The notes under the pieces: model-generated
What the model was told of the DNA's origin: nothing
Databases searched by the model: none
Seen by the model: only the letters and a program-made list of their open reading frames with translations
Position numbers and translations under genes: made by a program
In this document: piece after piece, positions 1 through 8,721 of the stretch
Position numbering within the stretch: the stretch's first letter is position 1
How the letters are laid out: each line of letters begins with the position of its first letter
From: an uncultured Anaerolineaceae bacterium
GTDB lineage: Bacteria > Chloroflexota > Anaerolineae > Anaerolineales > E44-bin32
Direction: 5' to 3'
Assembly (NCBI GenBank): GCA_964528155.1
Contig: CAZGRL010000001.1
Coordinates: 1,523-65,522, forward strand
Length of the DNA stretch: 64,000 nucleotides

Positions 1-227
1 TCCCCGCGCAAGAGAGCCTCGTTGTCGAACGCCGGATAGAAGATTCGCTGGATCAGCGCTTGCGTCATCCGCCCCCCGCTCCCATGGCCGATCACCACAT
101 TCTCGTGGTGGCCGATCGGAACGGGACAGACCGGCCCTTCCATCGTTGCGCTTTGTTCAGGGACGCTCGGCACCTGGCGAGTTTGTTCGTCCTTGCTCAA
201 GCCGCGCTCCTCCCCGTCATCGGCCAT
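1..227 (-). CDS. hypE: HypE hydrogenase maturation protein, 5' part only (gene runs off window start)
   Basis: Not in the ORF track because it is cut by the window edge. Minus-strand translation from ATG 227 (alternative ATG 143) reads ...[47 protein letters not shown], a HypE-like N-terminus. The ATG overlaps the hypD stop at 217-219. Confidence 0.8.
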   Translation of the reverse strand, partial: MADDGEERGLSKDEQTRQVPSVPEQSATMEGPVCPVPIGHHENVVIGHGSGGRMTQALIQRIFYPAFDNEALLRG

Positions 228-1302
228 AGCGATAGTACGCCGCACAGGCTCCCTCAGCCGAGACCATCGTCGCCCCAAGGGGATGCTCCGGAGTGCATTC
301 GCCTCCGAAGGCGGAACAGTCGAATGGCTTCTTCATCCCCTGCAAGATTTGACCGGCGATGCACAGTGGAGACTCTTGAGGGGCGATGTCCTCCACCTGG
401 AACCGCTCTTCGGCGTCGAACGCCTGGAACTCATCGGCCAGCGCCCAGCCGCTCATCGGGATCGTTCCGATCCCCCTCCACTTGCGATCAACTTCCCTAA
501 ACACCCGCCGAATCATCGCCTGCGCCGGTCGGTTTCCCCCCTCAGTGACGGCGCGCGCGTAGGCATTTCCGACCTTGTGTTCGCCCCGTTCGAGCTGACG
601 GACCGTCGCCAGGATCCCCTGAACAATGTCGAGCGGTTCGAAGCCGGTCACGACGATCGGGACTCGGTAGGTCTCAGCGATCGTCGGGTATTCCCAATAG
701 CCCATCACCGCACACACATGCCCGGCGGCGAGGAACCCCTGCACCCTGTTGGTCGGTGAGCCAAGGATGGCTCGCATCGCCGGCGGAACGCGCACGTGTG
801 ACACCAGCACGCTGAAGTTCTTGAGCCCCTTGGCATGCGCCTGAAGTACGCTCATGGCATTTGCGGGTGCCGTCGTCTCGAAACCGATGGCGAAGAAGAC
901 GACCTCGCGGTCGGGGTTCTGCTCTGCCAGGCGGACGGCGTCCAGCGGCGAGTACACCACCCGCACGTCGCCTCCAGCAGCGCGCACGTTGAAGAGATCC
1001 TGCCCCGATCCGGGAACCCTGAGCATGTCACCGTAGGAGGTGAAGATGACCCCCGGCCGCGAGGCGATCGCCAAAGCCTTATCTATCTGCTCCAGCGGCG
1101 TGACGCAAACCGGGCAGCCCGGCCCGTGCACCAACTCGATCTCTGGAGGCAGCATTTGATCCAGTCCACTGCGAACGATCGCGTGCGTCTGTCCCCCGCA
1201 AATCTCCATCAACACCCATGGACGCGTAAGCGTTTGCCGGAGGGCCTCGAGCCCCCTCTCAACCAACGCCGGATCACGGAACTCGCTGACGTATTTCATC
1301 AA
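217..1302 (-). CDS. hypD: HypD [NiFe]-hydrogenase maturation Fe-S protein
   Basis: 361 aa ORF with FRDP near the N-terminus, the [10 protein letters not shown] motif and a C-terminal Cys cluster. It overlaps the hypC stop by 4 nt. Confidence 0.95.
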   Translation of the reverse strand: MMKYVSEFRDPALVERGLEALRQTLTRPWVLMEICGGQTHAIVRSGLDQMLPPEIELVHGPGCPVCVTPLEQIDKALAIASRPGVIFTSYGDMLRVPGSGQDLFNVRAAGGDVRVVYSPLDAVRLAEQNPDREVVFFAIGFETTAPANAMSVLQAHAKGLKNFSVLVSHVRVPPAMRAILGSPTNRVQGFLAAGHVCAVMGYWEYPTIAETYRVPIVVTGFEPLDIVQGILATVRQLERGEHKVGNAYARAVTEGGNRPAQAMIRRVFREVDRKWRGIGTIPMSGWALADEFQAFDAEERFQVEDIAPQESPLCIAGQILQGMKKPFDCSAFGGECTPEHPLGATMVSAEGACAAYYRYGR

Positions 1303-1565
1303 GCCTCGACACCCGGGGCATCCGAACGGGTCTCTTCCTCCAGGTCCACGATCTGCCGCAAGATCTCAAGCGAGGCCAAGGCTTCTTCCTCGCTCAAACG
1401 GCTTATGGCAAATCCAACGTGTATGACCGTGTATTCTCCGACGCGCGCCTCCGGCACATACTCCAGGCAGGCTTCGCGCTGCACACCGCCGAAGTCGATC
1501 TTGCCCATCTTCAGCCCGTCCGCCTCATAGATCTCGACGATTTTCCCAGGGACTCCGAGACACAT
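1299..1565 (-). CDS. hypC: HypC/HupF hydrogenase maturation chaperone
   Basis: Starts [12 protein letters not shown], with the essential Cys directly after Met. ATG 1565 is preceded by GGAGG 9 nt upstream; the track's longer ORF begins at a TTG at 1571. Confidence 0.93.
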   Translation of the reverse strand: MCLGVPGKIVEIYEADGLKMGKIDFGGVQREACLEYVPEARVGEYTVIHVGFAISRLSEEEALASLEILRQIVDLEEETRSDAPGVEA

Positions 1566-1625
1566 AACCAAACCTCCGTACCGATCTGCTTTGCCGCGCC
1601 GCTCGTCGGCCCTTAGCCCGTCGCC

Positions 1626-3962
1626 TCAGTGCGGGACGGACGATGGACGACCGACGGCGAACGATGACAGGCGTCCTCCGAGACGGCAGATCCCGACAAC
1701 TGCCTGTCCCAGGGCCAGACCCCCATCGTTGGTTGGGACCTGGCGGTGAATGTAGACCGTGAAGCCTGATCCCTCTAGTAAGCGGACCGTGTGCTCCAAC
1801 ATGGCCATGTTTTGCCACACCCCGCCGCTCAACGCGACCTCACTCAGGCGATAGTCTTTTCTGATACGCAGGCATACGTCGAGCACCATCTCGGCCATGG
1901 TGTTGTGGAACCTGGCTGAGATGGCTTCTTTCGAGACCCCATGACGAATGTCGGCGACGATCGCGTCGATCATCGGGGTCGGGTCGATCGTGTGGTCACC
2001 GACATCGACGGGGTACTTGCCGCGCTCATCGGGATCGATACAGGCTTCCAGCTCGATCGCCGCCTGGGCTTCGTAGTTCACGCTCTGCCGCACGCCGGCC
2101 AGGGACGAGACTGCATCGAAGAGACGACCCATGCTCGAGGTCATCGGGCTGTTCAGCCCAAGCGTGATCTGGCGAAGCACGGTCTCGCGCGCCTCTTCCG
2201 TCGCCACTCCAACCGGGGGCAGGTCATCATCCCACGCTTGATCGGATTGCCTGAGCCACGCCAGAGCCACCCGCCAAGGCTGCCGAACGGCTGCCTCACC
2301 GCCGACCAATGGGACATACGCCAAGTGGTAGAGGCGGCGATACCCCTGATAGTCGGCCAGCAAGAATTCCCCACCCCAGATCGCGCCGTCTTCGCCATAA
2401 CCTGTCCCGTCGAAGGCGACCCCGATGACGGATCGTTCGCCCGAAAGACGATGCTCTGCCATGCAGGCGGCGATGTGCCCGTGGTGGTGCTGCACTCCAA
2501 CGGCCGGAAGCCCTTCAGTTTGAGCCCGCTTCAGAGCATATCGCGTCGCCATGTAATCAGGATGCATATCGTACGCGATCGCCTGCGGACGGATCCGGAA
2601 CAGGTCTTCGAAGTGAGTCGTCGCCTCCTCGAATGATTGCAGCGTCTCGTAGTTCTCCATGTCCCCGATGTGCTGGCTGACGAAGGCGTACTCGCCCCGA
2701 GTGCAGCAAAACGTGTTCTTCAATTCCCCTCCGACGGCCAGGATAGGGAACGTCTCACACGGCAGATGTACGGGGAAAGGGGCGAAGCCCCGGGCGCGGC
2801 GCGCGGGGTAGGAAACACCGCGGAACGAGCGGTATACCGAATCGTCGCAGCGGGTGCGGATTTCGCGATCGTGCATCAAGAAAGCATCGGCTAGATTGGC
2901 CAGCGACACGCGCGCCTGGTCATTTCGAGTGGCGATTGGTTCTTCGCTCAGATTGCCGCTCGTCATGACCAGCACCTGAGGCATATCGTCTCCTGGCTCC
3001 AGCAGGAGCGCGTGGAGAGGCGTGTAAGGCAGCATCATCCCCAGCGTTCCCTGCCCCGGCGCCGCGTCGACGGCGATCGTCGACCCCTCGCGGCGGGGAA
3101 GGATCACAATCGGCCTCTCGCGCGATTCCAGCAACTCCCGCGACCCGGCATCGATGAGGCAATGCTGCTCGACGATCGATGTGTCCGCCGCCATCAAGGC
3201 AAAGGGCTTGTCCACCCTCAGCTTCCGACGACGAAGTTCATCAACCGCAGCGGCATTCGAAGCATCGCATGCCAGGTGAAAGCCTCCGATACCTTTGATC
3301 GCCACGATCTTGCCTTGTCGCAACATCGCCCGAGCGTCGTGAAGCGCATCATCTCGCTCGGCCAGCCTCTGCCCGTTGCACTCCAGCCAGATGTGCGGCC
3401 CACACACCGGACATGCCACTGGTTGAGCGTGATAGCGACGGTCCGCTGGATCCTCGTACTCGGCGGCGCAGTCGGGACACATCGCAAAGGGCGCCATCGT
3501 AGTGTTCGGCCGATCGTAGGGCATCGCCTCAATGATGGTGAAGCGGGGACCACAGTTAGTGCAGTTGATGAATGGGTAACGGTAGCGACGGTCATTCGGA
3601 TCGAACAATTCGCCCAGACAATCGGGGCATATGCTCACATCGGGCGAGACGGGCTGGAATCCACCCGGAACTGCCTGGGAGCTAACGATCTCGAAAGCCG
3701 TGAAACCACCAGGCTGCTTGACCTTGAAATCGATCCGATCGATTCGGGCAAGAGGTGGGGCCTCTTCCTCCAACGCCCGCTCGAAAGCTTCGAGTGCTTC
3801 CGGGCTGCCGTCGACCTCGATGTCCACACCGGCAGATGTGTTGCAGACCCAGCCGGCCAGCCCCAGCCTTCCGGCAAGGCCATACACGAACGGACGGAAG
3901 CCGACTCCCTGTACGACGCCCGTCACGTGAACCCGGGCTCCCCGAAGCTCGCTCAACTTCAC
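1626..3962 (-). CDS. hypF: HypF carbamoyltransferase
   Basis: Acylphosphatase-like VQGVGFRPF and two zinc-finger pairs (CPDC..CTNCGPRF, CPDC..CPVCGP), followed by YrdC-like and Kae1-like regions. The start is uncertain: GTG 3962 gives a typical N-terminus, while the open frame extends to GTG 4070 and would overlap hypB. Confidence 0.9.
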   Translation of the reverse strand: MKLSELRGARVHVTGVVQGVGFRPFVYGLAGRLGLAGWVCNTSAGVDIEVDGSPEALEAFERALEEEAPPLARIDRIDFKVKQPGGFTAFEIVSSQAVPGGFQPVSPDVSICPDCLGELFDPNDRRYRYPFINCTNCGPRFTIIEAMPYDRPNTTMAPFAMCPDCAAEYEDPADRRYHAQPVACPVCGPHIWLECNGQRLAERDDALHDARAMLRQGKIVAIKGIGGFHLACDASNAAAVDELRRRKLRVDKPFALMAADTSIVEQHCLIDAGSRELLESRERPIVILPRREGSTIAVDAAPGQGTLGMMLPYTPLHALLLEPGDDMPQVLVMTSGNLSEEPIATRNDQARVSLANLADAFLMHDREIRTRCDDSVYRSFRGVSYPARRARGFAPFPVHLPCETFPILAVGGELKNTFCCTRGEYAFVSQHIGDMENYETLQSFEEATTHFEDLFRIRPQAIAYDMHPDYMATRYALKRAQTEGLPAVGVQHHHGHIAACMAEHRLSGERSVIGVAFDGTGYGEDGAIWGGEFLLADYQGYRRLYHLAYVPLVGGEAAVRQPWRVALAWLRQSDQAWDDDLPPVGVATEEARETVLRQITLGLNSPMTSSMGRLFDAVSSLAGVRQSVNYEAQAAIELEACIDPDERGKYPVDVGDHTIDPTPMIDAIVADIRHGVSKEAISARFHNTMAEMVLDVCLRIRKDYRLSEVALSGGVWQNMAMLEHTVRLLEGSGFTVYIHRQVPTNDGGLALGQAVVGICRLGGRLSSFAVGRPSSVPH

Positions 3963-4009
3963 ATCCAACCGTCCGATCACGTCATCCTTCCGCGACAATC
4001 CCCCACTGG

Positions 4010-4687
4010 TTACTCCCGATCCCGACTTGAGCCTGGTCCAGTTCCGCCTAAGGCCACCCATTCCAGCCACGCATCCAGTCCTTCACCGGTTCGGCAGGAC
4101 AGCGGGAAAGTGACAAGACCAGGGTTGAGGATCTCCACCCCGCGCTGAAAGTACTCCATGTCGAAATCGACATACGGCAGTAGATCGATCTTGTTGATCA
4201 CCAGGGCCTCGACGCCCCGATACATGGCCGGATACTTGTACGGCTTGTCATCGCCTTCGGGAACCGAGGCGATCAGGACGCTGCGGTGTGTGCCCAGCTT
4301 GAAGCTGGCCGGGCAGATCAGGTTCCCCACGTTTTCGACGATGAGCATGTCGACCGAACCCAGATCCAGAGTCTCAAGGGCCGACTTCAGCATCACCGCG
4401 TCGAGGTGGCAATCACCGCCGGTGTTGATCTGGACCGCCATCGCACCTGCCGCCCTGGCCCGGTCCGCATCAATGCTCGTCGCCACATCGCCATCGATCA
4501 CCGCCAGACGCCGGCCGCCGGCGAGACCGGCAATCGTGCGTTCGATCAACGAAGTCTTGCCGGCCCCCGGGGAGGCCATCAAGTTGTAGGAAAAGATCCC
4601 GGCTGCGTCGAGCCGCCGGCGGTTCTCCTCCGCCAGATGATCATTGGCGCTGAGGATCTTCTCGACCACCGGTATTCGCTGGCTCAT
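4010..4687 (-). CDS. hypB: HypB nickel-inserting GTPase
   Basis: P-loop SPGAGKTSL and the CH motif (GGDCHLDA), plus ENVGNLICP and NKIDL. ATG 4687 forms an ATGA overlap with the hypA stop. The track ORF's arginine-rich 52 aa N-terminal extension looks non-coding. Confidence 0.93.
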   Translation of the reverse strand: MSQRIPVVEKILSANDHLAEENRRRLDAAGIFSYNLMASPGAGKTSLIERTIAGLAGGRRLAVIDGDVATSIDADRARAAGAMAVQINTGGDCHLDAVMLKSALETLDLGSVDMLIVENVGNLICPASFKLGTHRSVLIASVPEGDDKPYKYPAMYRGVEALVINKIDLLPYVDFDMEYFQRGVEILNPGLVTFPLSCRTGEGLDAWLEWVALGGTGPGSSRDRE

Positions 4688-5067
4688 CCATCTGCTCCTG
4701 TCGAGGCGCCCACAGGTTCCCCGTCGGCTTCGACGTCGATCGCTTCGAGATTGAGTTCCTCTCCGGCAAGGACTTTCATCTGCGTTCCGCCGCATTCGGG
4801 ACACGCCAGGTCCTCGTCGGAGAGTCCATAGCGTGTTCCACAATCAACACATTCCAGCTCCGCCGGGACTCTGCGAAAGTGCAGTACGGCGCCTTCGGCC
4901 GGAGTCCCGCTGCTTATGATGTCCCAGTAGAACTGGATGGAGTCATCGACGAAGCTCGAGAGCTGGCCGATAACAAGGTGGACATCCGTGATCCGGCTGG
5001 CCCCGGCGGCCGTCGCATGCTCCACGGCGATCTTCAGCACGCTTTCGGTGATGGCGAGCTCATGCAT
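4684..5067 (-). CDS. hypA: HypA nickel metallochaperone
   Basis: Starts MHELAITESV and carries the zinc site CVDCG...CPECGG. The ATG is at 5067. Confidence 0.92.
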   Translation of the reverse strand: MHELAITESVLKIAVEHATAAGASRITDVHLVIGQLSSFVDDSIQFYWDIISSGTPAEGAVLHFRRVPAELECVDCGTRYGLSDEDLACPECGGTQMKVLAGEELNLEAIDVEADGEPVGASTGADG

Positions 5068-5248
5068 AGGCAAGGACTCCCGGTCCCAGGATACCCAGAC
5101 GGGTAGGGGTCATACAGTGGTTTATGTCACCCAAAGTCTATGGATTCACTCAGAATTGAACCTGGCCTAGCGGACCCGCAGGCCCGGCCACCGAAGGGGC
5201 GCACTGTGAGGCCCACACGGCGAGCCATGCCTCGCCCCAGCCGGAGAT

Positions 5249-5305
5249 GGGCCGAAAGAGGACGTCGGGGCGAGTTTCACTCGCCCCGACGTCCTCTTTC
5301 GGCCC
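5249..5305. repeat. Perfect 26-bp-stem hairpin (GGGCCGAAAGAGGACGTCGGGGCGAG / 5-nt loop / complement)
   Basis: Read directly: arms at 5249-5274 and 5280-5305 are exact reverse complements. It lies in the hypA-tag intergenic region and no U-tract follows on either strand. Confidence 0.85.
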
Positions 5306-5469
5306 TCTTCCCCCTCCCCCGGCATCCTGCCTGCCCAGGCCGCAGGCCAGGGAGCGGAGCGAAGCGAAGTCGAAGCAGGGGGAGAGGGATGAAGGGGCTG
5401 GGGGGTAACGGCCACAGGGTTAGGACGCGCAAGGCTCCCGGAGCCTTGACGTTGTCCGGGGCTCCACGG

Positions 5470-6057
5470 CTAGGAACTGCGGGTTCGATACCTATGGCAG
5501 AAGGCCAAGTGATCGTCGATCATGCCCACCGCCTGCATGAAGGCGTAGCAGATCGTACTCCCCACGAACCTGAAGCCGCGTTCTTTGAGCGCCCTGGACA
5601 TGGCCTCCGACTCGGGGCTGACCGTGGGCAACTCGTCCCAACTCGAAGCCGGCGGACCCTGCAGCGTCCGGTGCCCGGTGAAATCCCAGAGGAAGTGATC
5701 AAACGAGCCGCCCGCCTGCTGCAAAGCCAACACGGCCCGCGCATTGCTGACTGCGGCCTCGACCTTGAGACGATTTCGCACGATCCCCGGATCGTCAAGA
5801 AGACGATGGATCCTTCTCCGGTCGTAGCCCGCAATGATTTGCGGGTCAAATCCTTCAAAGGCAAAGCGGAAATTCTCACGCTTGTAGAGGATCGTCCGCC
5901 AGGAGAGCCCGGCCTGAAAGATGTCCAGGCTCAAATGCTCGAACAGCTCGCGATCATCATGAACCGGCCTGCCCCACTCGTCGTCGTGGTAGGCGCTCAT
6001 CAGTGCGTCGCCGTCGCCAAAGCAACGTTTCTTATCTTCCATTATCTCTTCTTTCAT
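5470..6057 (-). CDS. tag: DNA-3-methyladenine glycosylase I
   Basis: The segment RCFGDGDALMSAYHDDEWGRPVHDDRELFEHLSLDIFQAGLSWRTILYKRENFR is Tag-like throughout. An alternative start lies at ATG 6042. Confidence 0.9.
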   Translation of the reverse strand: MKEEIMEDKKRCFGDGDALMSAYHDDEWGRPVHDDRELFEHLSLDIFQAGLSWRTILYKRENFRFAFEGFDPQIIAGYDRRRIHRLLDDPGIVRNRLKVEAAVSNARAVLALQQAGGSFDHFLWDFTGHRTLQGPPASSWDELPTVSPESEAMSRALKERGFRFVGSTICYAFMQAVGMIDDHLAFCHRYRTRSS

Positions 6058-6108
6058 CGAGCGCGACCGGGATCGGTCACACTGACAACTTCAGGCATGG
6101 CGTTCGCC

Positions 6109-8493
6109 TCAGATTCGCGCCAGTTTGACGACGGTGACCCCCTCACCGCCTTCCGATTCATGCCCGCGTTCGAACGAAGCGACATATGGATTGTCTCTGA
6201 CATATTCCCGGATCGCCTGACGCAGCCGCCCGGTGCCCTTTCCGTGGATCACCCGGATGAACGGCAGCCCTGCCACGAACGCTGCATCCAGTCGACGCTC
6301 GAGTTCATCCAGGGCCTCTTCAGTCGTTCGGCCACGCAAATCAAGCTCCAGGGGAGGCGCTTGAGGCGCGACTGCTGAGACGCCTTGCCTGATCGCAGTT
6401 TGCGTGGCGCTCCGATGGATCAGTTGTTCCTCCGGCGGGCGCAGTTCATCCAGGCTGGCCTTAACCCGCAATCGCCCAACCTGGACTTCGGCGTGACTCG
6501 CTCCCAGATCTGTGATCACCCCCTCGGTCCCCAGTGTTCGTAGAAGGACGCGGTCGCCGAGCTGGAATACGAAAGACGGAGCGGCTCTGTCTTTGGTTTC
6601 TCTGGGTGTCGGCACAGCGACCTTGTCAGCCAGTACATCCACATCGTCCTGCACGTCTTCCAGTGCTTCAAGCGGCTGGCCCGCCACGGCGAGCTTGCGA
6701 CGCAACCCGCCGACCTCAGCTTGAAGCGACTCGACCGACGCCTGTGCTTCCTGACGGGCGTCCTCGAGGATGGCTCTTCGTTCTTTCTCTATTCCCGCCA
6801 GTCGTTCATCGAGCGCAGCCTCGAGCTCCTTGGCCCGCTGTCGTGCCTGCTCTGCCTCTTCGCGGGCAGCGCGTGAGGCATCGTGCTGCCGGTGGATCTC
6901 ATCCAGAAGGCTCTCAGCCTGCAGATCCTCTGGCGCCAGTCGCTCACGGGCTCGTTCGACGAGGGCTGCGTCCAGCCCAAGCCGTTCGGCGATTGCCAGT
7001 GCGTTGGAGCGGCCGGGCAGTCCGATGGTCAATCGAAACGTCGGGCGCAGGCTCTCCAGGTCGAACTCGACGCTGGCATTTCGCACTCCTACGGTGTTGT
7101 GCGCGTAGGCTTTGAGCTCCGGATAGTGCGTGGCAACAAGGGTGGTCACCTTTCGCTCGATCAGTACATCCAGGATCGCCCGCGCCAACGCGGCACCTTC
7201 TTGTGGATCCGTCCCAGCCCCCAGTTCATCAAGGACGACAAGGGATCGGGAGTCGGCGTGTCCGAGTATGTTGATGATGTTTGAGATGTGGGATGAGAAC
7301 GTCGAAAGAGATTGCTCGATCGATTGCTCATCCCCGATGTCGGCATATGCCGACTCGAAGACGCTGATCTCCGAACCGGACTCGGCCGGAATGTGCATGC
7401 CACATTGGGCCATCAGGGTCAGCAGCCCGGCCGTCTTGAGGCCTACCGTCTTGCCTCCCGTGTTGGGGCCGGTAATGACCAGAGCGAATGCGTCATCAGG
7501 CAGATCGAGGTCAATGGGGACGACATCTGTCGGATCGAGCAAGGGATGCCTGGCGCCCAGCAGACGCAGGGTTGAGCCCGGGTGCCCGGGCGCTTCATCC
7601 CTGCGGAACTCTCGCAGGATGGGCTCGGTCGCGCGCAGCTCCTCGGCGTAGCGCGCCTTGGCGAAGGCAAGATCGAGGTCAGCCAGTGCACCAACTGTCT
7701 TGTCGATGCTCTCCGACCAGCGGCCGACCAACTCAGAGATCGAAGCCAGAATCCGCCGGACCTCGTCACGCTCGGCGAGCTGCAATTCGCGAATCTCGTT
7801 GTTCAGATCGACCGCTTCAAGAGGCTCGATGAACAGCGTCGCACCCGAGGCCGACTGGTCATGGACAACTGCCTTCAATTGCCCCTTGAATTCCGCCCTC
7901 AACGGGATTACGAACCGGCCATCCCTCTGGGTGATGATCGGCTCTTGAAGCATCGGGGAAACTTTCGGGTCACCCAAAAGGCGCTGCAACTTGCCGGTCA
8001 GCCTGTCGTGCGCAACCCGCAGCTCCGTCCGAATCTCGCCGAGCCTGGCCGATGCGCTGTCGAGCACGTCCCCCCGTTCGTTCAGCGCACGTGCAATGGC
8101 ATCGACGATCTCGGCGCGCGGCTCCAGACTCTGTGCGATGGCAGCCAACGTCGGATAGGCCCTTGCGGCCTTTTCAAACAACTTCCTCAGCCTGATGGCC
8201 GACTGTAGAGTGCCCTTGACATCAAGCAACTGGGTAGGCTCAAGCACGCCGCCGTGGGAGGCCGTCGACGCCTCGGGCCGCACATCATGCGCACCGGCCA
8301 CCGACACTCGTGCATTGACGCTGAACAGACGACGGGCTTCTGTTGTCTCGGTCTGGCGACGGACCGCTTCAACCGGATCAGACGTAGGCGAGAGGTCTCG
8401 CACCGCGTCCTTGGAGGCCGAGAAGGCCGCAAACGAGGCGAGACGATCGAGGATCTTCTCCAGCTCAAGCGTGTGCAGGGATTTCGCTTCCAT
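6109..8493 (-). CDS. mutS2: Endonuclease MutS2 (MutS domain plus C-terminal Smr)
   Basis: Walker A GPNTGGKTVGLKT, a coiled-coil region and a C-terminal Smr domain (LDLRGRTTEEAL...VIHGKGTGRLRQAIREYV). The likely start is ATG 8493 (MEAKSLHTLELEKIL). Confidence 0.92.
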   Translation of the reverse strand: MEAKSLHTLELEKILDRLASFAAFSASKDAVRDLSPTSDPVEAVRRQTETTEARRLFSVNARVSVAGAHDVRPEASTASHGGVLEPTQLLDVKGTLQSAIRLRKLFEKAARAYPTLAAIAQSLEPRAEIVDAIARALNERGDVLDSASARLGEIRTELRVAHDRLTGKLQRLLGDPKVSPMLQEPIITQRDGRFVIPLRAEFKGQLKAVVHDQSASGATLFIEPLEAVDLNNEIRELQLAERDEVRRILASISELVGRWSESIDKTVGALADLDLAFAKARYAEELRATEPILREFRRDEAPGHPGSTLRLLGARHPLLDPTDVVPIDLDLPDDAFALVITGPNTGGKTVGLKTAGLLTLMAQCGMHIPAESGSEISVFESAYADIGDEQSIEQSLSTFSSHISNIINILGHADSRSLVVLDELGAGTDPQEGAALARAILDVLIERKVTTLVATHYPELKAYAHNTVGVRNASVEFDLESLRPTFRLTIGLPGRSNALAIAERLGLDAALVERARERLAPEDLQAESLLDEIHRQHDASRAAREEAEQARQRAKELEAALDERLAGIEKERRAILEDARQEAQASVESLQAEVGGLRRKLAVAGQPLEALEDVQDDVDVLADKVAVPTPRETKDRAAPSFVFQLGDRVLLRTLGTEGVITDLGASHAEVQVGRLRVKASLDELRPPEEQLIHRSATQTAIRQGVSAVAPQAPPLELDLRGRTTEEALDELERRLDAAFVAGLPFIRVIHGKGTGRLRQAIREYVRDNPYVASFERGHESEGGEGVTVVKLARI

Positions 8494-8721
8494 GGCGTGC
8501 GCAGTGTAACATGAATGAGAGGCTGCAGAACGACGGCTCCGTCGATACGCGCACGGACGGTCCACTTTTCCAGGATAGCCGGCAGCAACTTACTGGAGTG
8601 TGGGATCCAGCAAGCGGATCCTGATGCGGTCCCGCGCCGCGGGCAAGGTCCCACCAGGCTTGGTCAAGGTTTGAGTGGGTGGAGGACGCCAGACAGCGCC
8701 TGGACGTTTGACGAGAGAGAC

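Noticed and set aside
4688-4843. N-terminal extensions of track ORFs (hypB to 4843, mutS2 to 8565, ArsR gene to 19436, ccmG to 30462, response regulator to 50586, octaheme to 48981)
   Set aside because: The extensions are Arg/Ser/Pro-rich with no homology pattern. Internal ATGs with Shine-Dalgarno sequences or ATGA/GTGA coupling to the upstream gene give family-typical N-termini.
5140-6378. Long ORFs antisense to or overlapping real genes (for example 5140-6378, 10909-11787, 16470-17960, 25111-26454, 44885-45763, 3012-4148)
   Set aside because: They are typical high-GC shadow ORFs. They are Arg/Pro/Gly-rich with no motifs, and each fully overlaps a gene with strong family signatures on the other strand or frame.
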